Below are positions 11,030 to 22,448 of a stretch of 64,000 bases of DNA, one piece after another. The position numbers and the translations under genes were made by a program. The DNA lies in the NCBI GenBank assembly GCA_964016885.1, contig OZ024747.1:37820001-37884000 (forward strand), written 5' to 3'. Numbering within the stretch: the stretch's first letter is position 1; every line of letters starts with the position of its first letter. The stretch comes from Eledone cirrhosa. Taxonomy: Eukaryota. The notes beneath the pieces were generated by a model that saw nothing but the letters and a program-made list of their open reading frames with translations, ran no database searches and had not been told where the DNA came from.

Positions 11030-13810
11030 CCCAAATGAACTACCACACCGCATCATAAAAGAATTCGCAATAGAAGGGATCAAATATATCGTGGAGAATA
11101 ACTACTTCGAATTCGATACCAAATTCTACAGACAGAAATCCGGGACTGCCATGGGCATGAAAACGGCCTCCTCTTACGCCAACCTTGTTATGGGATACTT
11201 GGAAATCACCCTCTACCGAAAAGTACTAGATAAATACGGAAAGTCTTTCTACCTGCACATAGAAAAAAACTGGAAGAGATATTTGGATGATTGTTTCATC
11301 CTCTGGCAGAAGAATATAGAAAGACTTATTGAATTTAAAACACTTCTAAATGGACTCAACACAAACATTCAATTTTCAATGGAATACAGCCATGAACAAC
11401 TTCTTTTCCTTGACATTCTCTTCAAGGAAACAAACAACAAAATAGAAACAGACATATACTATAAACCCACAGACTCCAAACAGTATCTCACATTCAACTC
11501 ATATACCCTAGACACACCAAAATAAGCATCCCTTACAACCTAGCGAAAAGGATCTGCACATTATTATCTGATAAATACACATTCTACATACGACCAGAAG
11601 AATTAAAGAACACACTTATTAGGAGGAATTACCAACCGTCGCTAATCAACAATGGATTCCAACGTGCCCTAAAACTCAACATCCAGGAACTTTGACACCC
11701 CAATCCAAAGAATGAACCAAAACTGAATACTCTACCATACATCTCAACCCCCTCAACAATGAGGCATTCAACACCATCCTCCAGAACATACCTTTACTAA
11801 AAAGAGACCTAAGAATGAATCAAATCCTACAAATACACATCATAAAGCACAAAAGACAACCCAAATCTATAAAAAACATCCTTACACAGGTCAAAGTCCA
11901 GCAGACCTTCACAATGAACCCTACAGTAAGAAAATGCGGAAGACCTAACTGTGTTATAGAGGGATCGGAGTTCCACTTCAAACAAGGACAACACTTTACA
12001 GTTAAAAACAATTTCACATGCGCATCAGGAATACTGATTTATGTGTTGACTTGCTCAGGATGTCGAGAGCACTACATAGGACAGACCAAAAACAGCCTTC
12101 GCCAACATATGACTCTCCATAGATCACAAATTAAAATACGGGAATACAGAAAGATAGCACTGAGTGAACACATTGCGACCTGCGCATCTAATGAACATCC
12201 AAATTTCAGAATTTTTCCCCTCTACAAATTTAAAGACAACGCTTCTTACATCCAGCGCATTAGCAAGGAATCAATTTATCTCCAAATACGAACCCCTTCT
12301 AAATGCATCCACTTCGAACTAAACTACAGCTGGACACTTTAAAATTAACACCCAGGACAAATTAATCCTTTGGCAATGTATCCTTCTCCAAGATTCCAAC
12401 AACTTCTGACAACTATATAATGCAAATCAAGCAACCACATAGACACACCCAAATCAGCTAGTCCTTTGAGGTCTTTCACGAGATAATCGGATAAATAGGA
12501 GCATTAAGGTGTCAAACTAAATGCTTTATAATATGTACGGCCCGGTACGTTTTAGCTTTGAATCCCACCAATGTCATCCTTCTTCCTCCCTCTTCATGGG
12601 CCTGCAATATAATTGATTGGTTGTTTCCTCGTAATAAAATCGATGAAATCCCTTTTCTCCATTCCCCTGAATCTGAAGTTTGTGCTGAAGATAGAATTAG
12701 TATTTCAGTAACTCTGAATCTTTTTGTGGCAAAATTATAAACTCAACGTCGATTTTTCCAAGATAAAACAATTTTAGGATGACAGTCTTACAGACAGAAA
12801 TACCAAGATAGATATTTTTAGAAACAATCACCTCCCCGGTCAAATCTAAGGTCATTCAACCCTTCAAACCAATCCCAGCTCGCTTTTGTAGCCATTTTTG
12901 AAAGTGGCCTTTACCGCAACAGATTCCTACCACACCTATACCCTGTCTCCTCCTTCTTTTCCCCACACCCTTACCCCTCTCCTTTTCCTTCTCCCTCTCC
13001 TCCACTTCTCCCTCTACTACTACCAGTAAAAACCAAAAAAATTAAAACTACTACTTCTATCAGCCAACTAACAGAGAAAGAAGGACAAACACGGACAGAT
13101 ATATGAACTCTCCTCTCTAAATATGTATGTAAAAACAAATAATTTTTCTTCCCCTTTTTATCATTCGTATAAATATGCAACATAACTACATTATGCATAT
13201 CCACAGTTGAAAAAGCATATAATGCTGAAACCGGTATTATTAAATGTGGAAATATCCAATTTATAAATAAATGTTTTGAGATTATATTGAAAGAATCTCT
13301 TCAGCATTTTCTACTGAAAAAATCTTTTTCCTCTCTACTATTGGTTTATATATCACCTCGTGTGTTATTTTCTACATTCGATATATCATCCCCCCCCCCA
13401 CACGAGATACAGAAAATGCCGACAAAAACAGACACAACTACCATTAACATAAATGAAGAGATACTCAAGGAACTGCAGAAAATAAACACTAACCTGTCAG
13501 TACTCGTTACCAAACTAGATTCGACAAATGAGGAAACCAACCCCGAATACAATTCCTCCCAAATCAGCGAAAAACTTCACAGCCTATGTGAAACGATCAA
13601 AACATACTTTACCAATAACACAAACCCAAGACAAACAAACGAGGAGCCATATGGCACAGATACACTAACAGCATACACAATTAAAAACTAAACAATACCA
13701 CAATGGAACACATCACTCAGAGACAGAACATTATCCGTTTGGAAGATGATCCAAAACAACAACAAAGCAGATATTGAAAATTAGAATTGGTGCTCTGAAT
13801 CCAACACACA
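11030..13810 (+). mobile_element. 5'-truncated, frameshifted Neptune-like Penelope element (RT + GIY-YIG) with 3' pseudo-LTR
   Basis: RT motifs [25 protein letters not shown] and TDIYYKPTD; GIY-YIG motif FTC..LIYVLTCSGC..HYIGQT. HHR at 13200-13250, followed by a probable ORF N-terminus at 13416 as expected for a pLTR. Confidence 0.9.
13200..13250 (+). ncRNA. Minimal HHR variant (U3-A8 core)
   Basis: UUGAAAA-AGCAU-AUA-AUGCU-GAAAC-CG-GUA with palindromic ACCGGU; the outer UCCACA/UGUGGA can pair. Confidence 0.7.
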
Positions 13811-13814
13811 TAAT

Positions 13815-16400
13815 TTTCAGCAGACAGGGATCGTTTGGGTCTGTGTTTGAAGGAGCTTTTGTGGTTATACCAGCGCTCCTTAAACGTAGTCGAGGTCGCC
13901 CCTATGCAGTGACATCGCACCGGTAAATAATGTTTTTAACGAGGCACTCCGCGTTCAATGGGTATACTACCCTCTTTTTGCAGTTGCAGTTGGGGGTTAT
14001 GGGTTTGTTGTTACGTTGTTCGTATTCTGTTTGGAGCTGGCATGTAAGTTATTGTGTGTGTTGTTTCGTTTTGGCTTGTGCAAGTGGTTGGTTGTGGCGC
14101 TATCATGTGTTTGCGTATTTTTGTCCTATTTGTGTGTGCTATCGTGTCGCCTAGATTTGGTGTTGTGGAGAAGGAGAATTTGACAGTGTGCCTATTAAAG
14201 AGCTTGTTGTATTTATGTGTGGGTAGGAAGGATTGTTCCAGAGCTCTGAAGAAGGTTCCCGGTATATTGGTGGCAACGTGTATAGAGTACGGTAGTTGTA
14301 CGGGTCTGTTTCGGGGTTTACAGTGTTTAGTGTGATTGTTGTGGTTTGATGGTTGCGTGGGTGCGTTTTGGTCAGGCGTATTTGTCTTGGGAATTCCTGC
14401 TATTCTATTGACGTTTAATCTAGGGTCTCTATTACTACGTAGTCGTGTGCGATATTCAGAGTCCTTATTGGGGTCGGAGAGTATGGCAGTTGTGTGTAAC
14501 GCTGCCTGCCTTGCCGGCTAAGGGTGGTCTTTTCTTAGTATTTTTTCGAGGTGGGGTGTCCTCATCTATTTGCGTTTATAAGGGTTTGTTTGGATTTAGC
14601 GGCGTTGCGCTTCTTGTTTGGTAATTGAAAGCTCTCTTCTCATTGTACCCCGCCCTTTCAAGTGCGGAGTTATAGTATTCCACGTGCTGGTTGAAGATAG
14701 TTCTGTTCGCCGACAGGGTGGACACTCTGTGGGAAACACTTTTAACTATTGAGTTAATTATGCTCCTAGGGTGGTTGGAGTGTCTGTTGACATATTTCAG
14801 GTTTTAGTTGGGTTTATGGTAAGGGCGGTAGAGACCTGTGTCTAATTCTAATGAGACGTCTAACAAGTTTACTGTCCTACTGTTCGGTTCTATTTCTACC
14901 GCTAATCCTTGGGTCTTAAAGATATATCTAAGTCGTTTGTGTAGTCTATCTAATTGGCAATTATTGAGTCCGCGGGTCATGAGTAGGGCGTCGTCCCGGT
15001 ACAAGCCTCCACCCAGGGTGGGGATCTCATCCGTTATTATATTTAGGAGGTATAGGCCTACTACATCTGTAACCTGTCGGAGTCACTCGATCCCATAGTA
15101 ATGTCTGGTCTATTTTGTCATTCCCATAATTTACCGTCAAATTCTATTAAAGTTTTCCTAGCTACTAGTATGATGTCTACCTCCTTTCTGGTGAGGCTTG
15201 ATCTGTTCATCGCTGAGATCAGTGCCTTGTTTAGGATGACTGGCGATATAGAGGCGTAGTATTTCACAATGTCCATTTGGACGAATCTAACAACCGACTT
15301 GGTTTCAATGCCGGAGAACCAGTCGATAACCTCCTTTGTACAAGACCAGGCTGAGTTTTGTCCTATTTCTTAGTTCTGGTATTACCCAGTTAATGATGTA
15401 TTTGCTTAGTCTACCTAGGTCTGATTTAGAGGGAGCTATGAGTCTGACCGGTAGTTTGGACTGCAAGTCCGGTTTGTGGTCCTTAATTGATATCCTCGGT
15501 TGTCATCGAGTTGTAGGGTTGTGTTCTGTCGTCTATGCTCAGTTCCGTCATTATTGCTTTTGCCTGTTTGTTTATGTGTGCTAGGTTTTCCTGTGTTGAT
15601 GTTTTGTATATTTTAGCTAGCTAGTTTGTGATGCATTTCTTGTAGGTTTTGTACTCCAAATTATAGATGTTTCCGATCTTATCTGCCGGTACGATGATGC
15701 CAGGGCTTTTCTTGGCCTTCTTTACGGTGGATGCGAGTCCAGACAGAAATGCACTTCTGTCAGGATTTCGCGGAGGTTGTCTAACTTTAATACTCCGGAC
15801 CATGGTAATAATCCTGTCCTCAAACTTCTCTAGGAGTTTGTTGTGCAGTGGGGTTTTCCTCAATTTGAATATTCTTTTCAGGTGGTTGGTGGAATTGTCG
15901 TCGGATCCAGGGACCCTCCTGTTGTTGTAGCGATAGGCTCTCCTACGGATCCTTCTAATGAAATTGTTGGTCCGCATTAGTAAAAGGTTCATGTATACAT
16001 CATCCGAGGGTATGGGTATGTCCTTTATGGAGGAAGTGTTGTGGAACAATTCCATGGTGTTTCAGGTAAGCGCTCGACTAGGTAAGGAGCTATATATCCA
16101 GGGAGTGTGACCCAACTCCCCAATGACCGAAACCACTGCAGTTTATGCCTGGCCGAAGCGGCTGAGATCATTAATTGAAATCGGCCATAAACTCAAGATC
16201 TGACATAATAATAAACTGCAGACACACCAGGATGACCACCTTCTCTGCACAAACATTCGGCCGAGAGCCATCCACTAATCCTGACTCAATATAGGGATAA
16301 CCATCTTTCTTTGCCACACCGTCCTTCATCTCAGTACCTTTGTCTTCTCTAACATGTAACCCCTTGTAAGATCAGATCTTGTAAATATCATGTCGCACCC
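13815..16400 (-). mobile_element. Decayed Penelope-like element (Nematis-like, YRDD) with an inverted 3' arm at its 5' end
   Basis: Motifs SIKDIPIPS (N-terminus), VPADK, GGLYRDDAL, PYHKPN and IGATSTTFKERWYNHK. From ~16066 the + strand encodes the GIY-YIG tail CSLCLAEA (inverted arm). Confidence 0.85.
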
Positions 16401-17808
16401 AGCACATCACCATACGTCCACAACCATCAACATCACCAACACATACCACGCCTACCATCCCTCCCTAAACAACGCATGTGTGTGTAGTACTGGGCTCGAT
16501 TCTTCCTCAATATCTCTTTCTCACTTCCATTCTCTCAATCTCTCTATCCTTCTCTGGAAGAAGTCTACTGTATTCAGACCTGGTTTAAAAATACCCTAGA
16601 AGCGCAGATGTCAATACGGTGGCCATACAACTCTCTGAGGTGTTACGGGACTATGCCATGCTAAGCAATCAAATAATTAGTAGCAAATTATTTGTTTAGT
16701 TGGCAAAATCAGATTTTATAGCTGCGAATTTAAAATACGAAGTGACCTCAGAAAGTTCTCGGACTAGTCCGTAAAAATGTAATCTAGTCGTTCTGAACAC
16801 ACACCATCTTAAATACTGGACCGGCTTTGAAATTAATGCACGAATACCTAAATATATATAATGGATCTAAATAAATATTCATCAAAAGCCCTTCAAAGAA
16901 TTTCAAGTTTCTCGGTTGCAGTGTTGTCAAGCTTAACGCAAAATATGATGCAAGAATATTGCTCAAATTTGTCAACCGTCAAAAACTCGTCGAGTCGTTC
17001 TTACTCAACACCACAAAACAACACACGATAATTCGAAAGAATAGATAGCAAGAAGCTTATCTGTACAGTATGTAAGAGGGCTTCTAATGATCATCAGTAA
17101 CATACGCATTTCCGTTGAACTGTACGATAAGAAAACTTACAGTCGGGAACTTTCTGACAACACCACGTATATTGAAGTGTTCTCAGTGCACGACTTTGAA
17201 GGAGGGGTCGGCCCTAAGAATATAGAGGTAAGAAACAAAATACCGTGAGACATATTTACACCGGTGTTCTGTTATAACTGTTAATCTGCTTTCCCTGCCT
17301 CTAGGAATTCATATTAATCTTTGTTGTCAAGCCTATGTTTCAAATAATTTAACCTTTCCCATAGAAAATAAGATATAATAACCATACACATATGACATTA
17401 GTAAGACAAATATGCGTACACACAAATTCCACTATTTTTTTAAAATTAGTTTTCCCTTTCTTTTACAAATGGCTGTAACAGCATTTTATAGCAATCTAAT
17501 AGATTAACCTCCACACACGAGACACTTATATATGGTATAATTTATTGATAAATGTCTGCTCAATTCTGCGAAACCATTAAGTATTGTTTTATTTCAGATA
17601 TCTCGACTTTCTTATTGTGTTTTTTCATCAAATCTAAAACAGATTCTCTTTGTACTTCGTATATTGCTAAACCATACGGTTTTTGGTCGTTTCAATTTAA
17701 ATACAAACAATATTTATTTACTTTATATACTTTTCCTTGTAATGAACATTGTAAAAAAATCAATAACAAAAGTTTAAGTGTCTCTTTCTCTCTAACCTAC
17801 GCACGCAC

Positions 17809-17895
<87 letters not shown>

Positions 17896-17899
17896 TATG

Positions 17900-17948
<49 letters not shown>

Positions 17949-17949
17949 T

Positions 17950-19345
17950 ATTTACGTAGACAACGGAGCGTATGTGCATACACGCACCTGCACCGTGTCG
18001 TATTTGTGACAGTATTGTATTAGCTTAATGTACAAGAACAGATCCGTTATATGTAAAAGAAATCAAAGAACGCCTACATACTCATACAATTTTTATTCGC
18101 TGACAATGTTTCATCCATACCATGGGGCAGGAATCATCAGAGCTTTATAAACAAAAATATAGTGCTGAGTATACCAAGCTTAGTCACGCGAACATTAGAT
18201 AAATAGAACAGGATAATAAGAGGGAGAGAGTGCGTAATGGGGTTGTTATTCAACATTACAGCTACGTATGAGGATGTAGGCAGATTATCTCACAAGAGAC
18301 GGAGGCACGTGAGGGCACACAGAAACAAATAAAGCATTTACATATAGTTAAAAAATATAATAGTAATAAAGTAAAAGAAAAATAATAATATAAAAAGTTA
18401 AATAAATAATTAAAAAATTAAAGCACACAAAAGCAACAGAGGAAGTTATGCATTGGTCATTATATAGAACAGGTGATTTAGTTTCCCATAACTTAGAGTT
18501 ATAGAAATACTAAGAGACCCCTAAGGTACCTTCAGAAAGCCCAAAGGGGATTTTATTCCTCCCCATAGTATACATAATCAGGATATACTAGTAGGTTACG
18601 GAATTACGTGGACCAGGGGTGCTAAAGCTGCACATAGACAGGCACTACATCAATACAAGCCAAACACAGACAAAGCGGATTTAATGCATGATCAAGCTGA
18701 AGCAAATAATACACAACAAATATGGTTTAGTCCCTGTATAAGGTACATCTGGCGACGAGCCACACCATGTGTATATCCACCGTAGAAGTTAATCCAATCG
18801 GTTTCATATGCCCCCGATTGGCGAGGAGTTATAATATAAGTAGATCGTCCATAGATAGTAATCCAGTCTAGAATTTACAACATATGTAGATCGTCCGTAA
18901 AATGTAATCCAGTCGCATTCATATGCTCCTCAAAACATATCAGCACATATGGTAACATATGTTACAGGCTGATGTTACACATAAAAAATCCTCACATGTT
19001 TAAAATTCCAGACCGCGATGTGCTATATGTCCAAGTTGCAGCTTCGAATTCCGTATAACCGTATTCGTCACACCTAATCCAGCCGCGACCGCGTCCGAAT
19101 AATGCCAGGTTAAATTCAGCAGTAATTTCCCGTTGACCAATCGCGCACAGCACGTGGATTAACAATCAATACAAAACAGAAAATAACACAAAGTGCTCAA
19201 ATCAGTAAATCCACCAGGCACCACAGTATGTCCGTTAGGTGAGGTCGTACCCATATAGGCATACAAAAATCATATAAGACAGCTCACATACACCGCAATA
19301 ATCCAGGAACCCGGCTCCGCAAAAATTAAACACAGTCGCTACACA
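17950..19345 (-). mobile_element. Non-coding PLE-like 3' region with HHR
   Basis: HHR at 18099-18143 followed by AAUAAA; the left end abuts a (TA)/(TG) microsatellite. Confidence 0.5.
18099..18143 (-). ncRNA. Minimal type I HHR
   Basis: GCU-CUGAUGA-U-UCC-UGCC-CCAU-GGUA-U-GGA-U-GAAAC-AUU-GUC-AGC. Confidence 0.75.
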
Positions 19346-19494
19346 TGAAATTTCGTTTCATTCTTTTCTATTTATCGTTTTCGGTGCGCCCGGCCGACTA
19401 ACTCACTCGATATGCAAATTAGGCTGCTCAGCTGTTAATATGCATAAGGAAAGTATATACTTTCAGACGTTTAATCATCTGGCAGGAAGGTATA

Positions 19495-19535
19495 CGATGC
19501 TGACGATAGCTAATAAATTTGAAACTAGTACATCG
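19495..19535 (+). ncRNA. Minimal type I HHR with a decayed stem II, related to the 5350 family
   Basis: CGAUG-CUGACGA-(14 nt)-GAAAC-UA-GUA-CAUCG; perfect 5-bp stem I and the same ACUAGU palindrome as 5350-5394. Confidence 0.7.
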
Positions 19536-19719
19536 TTCCTGTGTCAATGTTGAACAAAAAGGTGACGATGGTTGCCTGAACACCTTACGGCGTAATTCGG
19601 GCTGTTTGTTTGTAAACCGAACATTATAATAAATGTTCGGTAAACCCATACGTACATATATATATGTGTGCATGTATGTATATATATAGACATACTACTG
19701 TACGTCTGTATACATATAT

Positions 19720-20005
19720 GAGGAATGTCTTGCCTGTGCCAGCAGGAGCATCGATGAAGAAAAGTCCTCCGCTGTCATTTTGAATTTTTCGATGATGTTG
19801 TGGTAGGCGTATTTCTGGTCATCCATCAATCGAGGTTCATTTTCATCCACAAACTTACGCAATGCTTGAATATGGTAGTTTGTCTCCTGAAAAATGTCTT
19901 GTGCTACCCCCATTTCTTCATCTGGCTCTGGCATCCCGCAGTTAGCTAATGTGCTATTCATTGCCTGAACTCGATGGGACTAAGAATTTAGCTCCAATTA
20001 GTTGA
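19720..20005 (-). pseudogene. Helitron RepHel Pif1-helicase fragment
   Basis: QETNY..L..DQK.AY..I is followed, after a frameshift, by GGLFFIDAPAGTGKTFL (Helitron Pif1 Walker A). Confidence 0.85.
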
Positions 20006-21189
20006 GCGCTCTATGATGTAACCGATATGGTGGAGAACAGAGGAACCAACCACGAGTTACACCCGGAAATCCCTTCTACCATGGGGACGGAAACCCCTGA
20101 TACTGGACGGACATAATAATAACTTTCGGAAAGATATATACGCGGAAACAAACACAAAGATAAACCCCTATTTTCCTGCTCCAAATCGCATTTTAACGGA
20201 AGCCCCCTCAATTCAATCTATACATGGACAAATTGACAATCATAATGATCATCTATCTCATTTTGCATATATGTACTGTATGTGTTTTTGCATTTATTCA
20301 TTTATTAGTTTTTTTCTTTTGTGTACGTTATATCTGTTTTTTCTTTGGTTGCGTTCCACGTGATGGAAATTCTAACTAACTATGTACTCGACTAAATACT
20401 ACCTTTCATACTGTAATTTACCCTCCGTTCTACTGTACGGTACTATCGTTCAGTATATAGGTAATATAACTGTAACATTAATACCCATTTCAAAACTTCT
20501 TACTTAAACATCTCTCTGCATATTATTTACTCAGTTCAATTTATATTTTTTTACTCACCTCAATCCAAATTCTCACTTGAAAAAATTATTAATTTTTAAT
20601 TGTTAATTTAATTTCTAATTTTTAATATTTAATATTTGATTTCTGATTTTCGATTTTAAATTTTAATTATTAGTTCTAATTTCCAACTCATTCATAACTT
20701 CCACCGTGAAACCATGATACATAGAATTAAGTATATTTTCTCTTAGAGGTTGATGGTCAATTATATGTCAATGCTTAATGAGAGGTAGTATTCAGACCTA
20801 TAGATACTCACACTCTCCCATCCCCACTGGCTTTCGACTGACAGCCACGGACGGGGTAGGTAGCAGTAAGCTATATTGCAGGCCTGAATGGGTCATTGTT
20901 TGGCTGAGAGGAGGAACTGACTAAGCGAATTTCGTTGAAATCTGCGGTAGCTAATGGTCAACGTCCTTCGGACCTGCGCTTGTGCGGGTGAATTGGTACT
21001 CAAAGGGGAATGGATGAAGAACTCAAGAGCAGACACTTCGTCCGTTCCCATGTCGATTCAATTTGGATTGCCTCGGAAACATAACCTTATTATGTAACAA
21101 GCTGTCTGACAATGTAGCGACACTGGCGCACGGAACAGTGTGGCCACTGTCGCCATTGAAATATATAACACAGCATTATTATTAAAAGA

Positions 21190-21374
21190 CTGGTGGATTG
21201 GCAGTATCGGTGGAGGATCGGACGCCATGCTTTCCAGCATAGTTACGTCCCTTTACGATCTGAGTTCAAATCTCGCCGAGGTTGACTTTGCCTTTCATCC
21301 TTACGGGGTCGATAAAATAAAGTACCAGTAAATCACTGGGTAATTGCTGGCCTTGTGCCTAAAGTAGAAACAAT
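21190..21374 (+). mobile_element. Full-length tRNA-derived SINE with TSD
   Basis: A box TGGCAGTATCGG and B box GAGTTCAAATC; flanked by duplicated ATTATTATTAAAAGACT. Confidence 0.9.
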
Positions 21375-21667
21375 TATTATTAAAAGACTTGAACATCTGA
21401 AACTACTTCGCTTTTCCTTATTCTATATATATATATATATATATATATGATGTATCTATGTAGAAAGTGTAAAGAAAGGGAGAGTGCTCTATGTAAACTA
21501 CAGAGCTATTTAATTATGTTATAAACAACACAATACAATTTTCCTTTCTGATGAACAATTTCAGACGTCTCTATTGAGCTCACCTTTCTTCGTGAAACCT
21601 TTGGTAAATGGAATAATTGTATTGTGTTGTCTATTACATAAACAATATATATATATATATATATATA

Positions 21668-21872
21668 TGGCAGTATCGGTAGAGAGACGGACGCCATGCT
21701 TTGCAGCAAAGAGTTACAGCCCTTTATGATCTGAGTTCAAATTCCGCCGAGGTTAACTTTGCCTTTCATCCTCACGGGGTCGATAAAATAAAGTACCAGT
21801 CACGCACTGGGGTAGATTTAATCGACTTTCCCCTCCCCCCAAATCACTGGCCTTGTGCCTATATAAGAAACC

Positions 21873-21875
<3 letters not shown>
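21668..21875 (+). mobile_element. tRNA-derived SINE (long variant)
   Basis: Same head and core, with an extra GATTTAATCGACTTTCCCCTC segment; sits between (TA)n arrays. Confidence 0.85.
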
Positions 21876-21935
<60 letters not shown>

Positions 21936-21938
<3 letters not shown>

Positions 21939-22435
21939 GAGATAAGCGGAGCAAGTAAGATTCAAATAATTTTAAAAAATAAATAAAAAAATATAATTTA
22001 AATATTTACCTATTCCATTTGCTTTTACCGACGGTTTCACCTTACAAAAGATTGGAGATCCTAGGGACTTCCAATCGAAATTCGGCCTCATTCGATCCTG
22101 TGCTAGCTGGCAGGTGGCAATATATTTTACCGTTCCTGGGACTTTTGTCCTAGGTAAGGAAAATGCTCTCTGATGATACGAACATTTCCATTGGAAGTCC
22201 CTAGGATCTCCAATCTTTTGTAAGGTGAAACCGTCGGTAAAAGCAAATAGAATAGGTAAATATTTAAATTATATTTTTTAATTTATTAAAAAAATCCTTT
22301 GAATCTTACTTGCTCCGCTTATCTCAATTTTATAGTTCTGCTATGTCAAATTAATACCATAGAATAACCACTGTATCATAGACATCCTATATATTTCCAG
22401 GGGTACTTAGAACCTGTGGGGATATTAATCTCCTT
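21936..22435 (+). mobile_element. Fold-back PLE-terminus insertion with HHR (22164-22245)
   Basis: About 21936-22080 is inverted at ~22186-22330. The motif reads UGCUCU-CUGAUGA-UAC...AUUGGA..UCCAAU...GUA..GAAACC-GUC-GGUA-AAAGCA. Confidence 0.7.
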
Positions 22436-22448
22436 ATATATATATATA

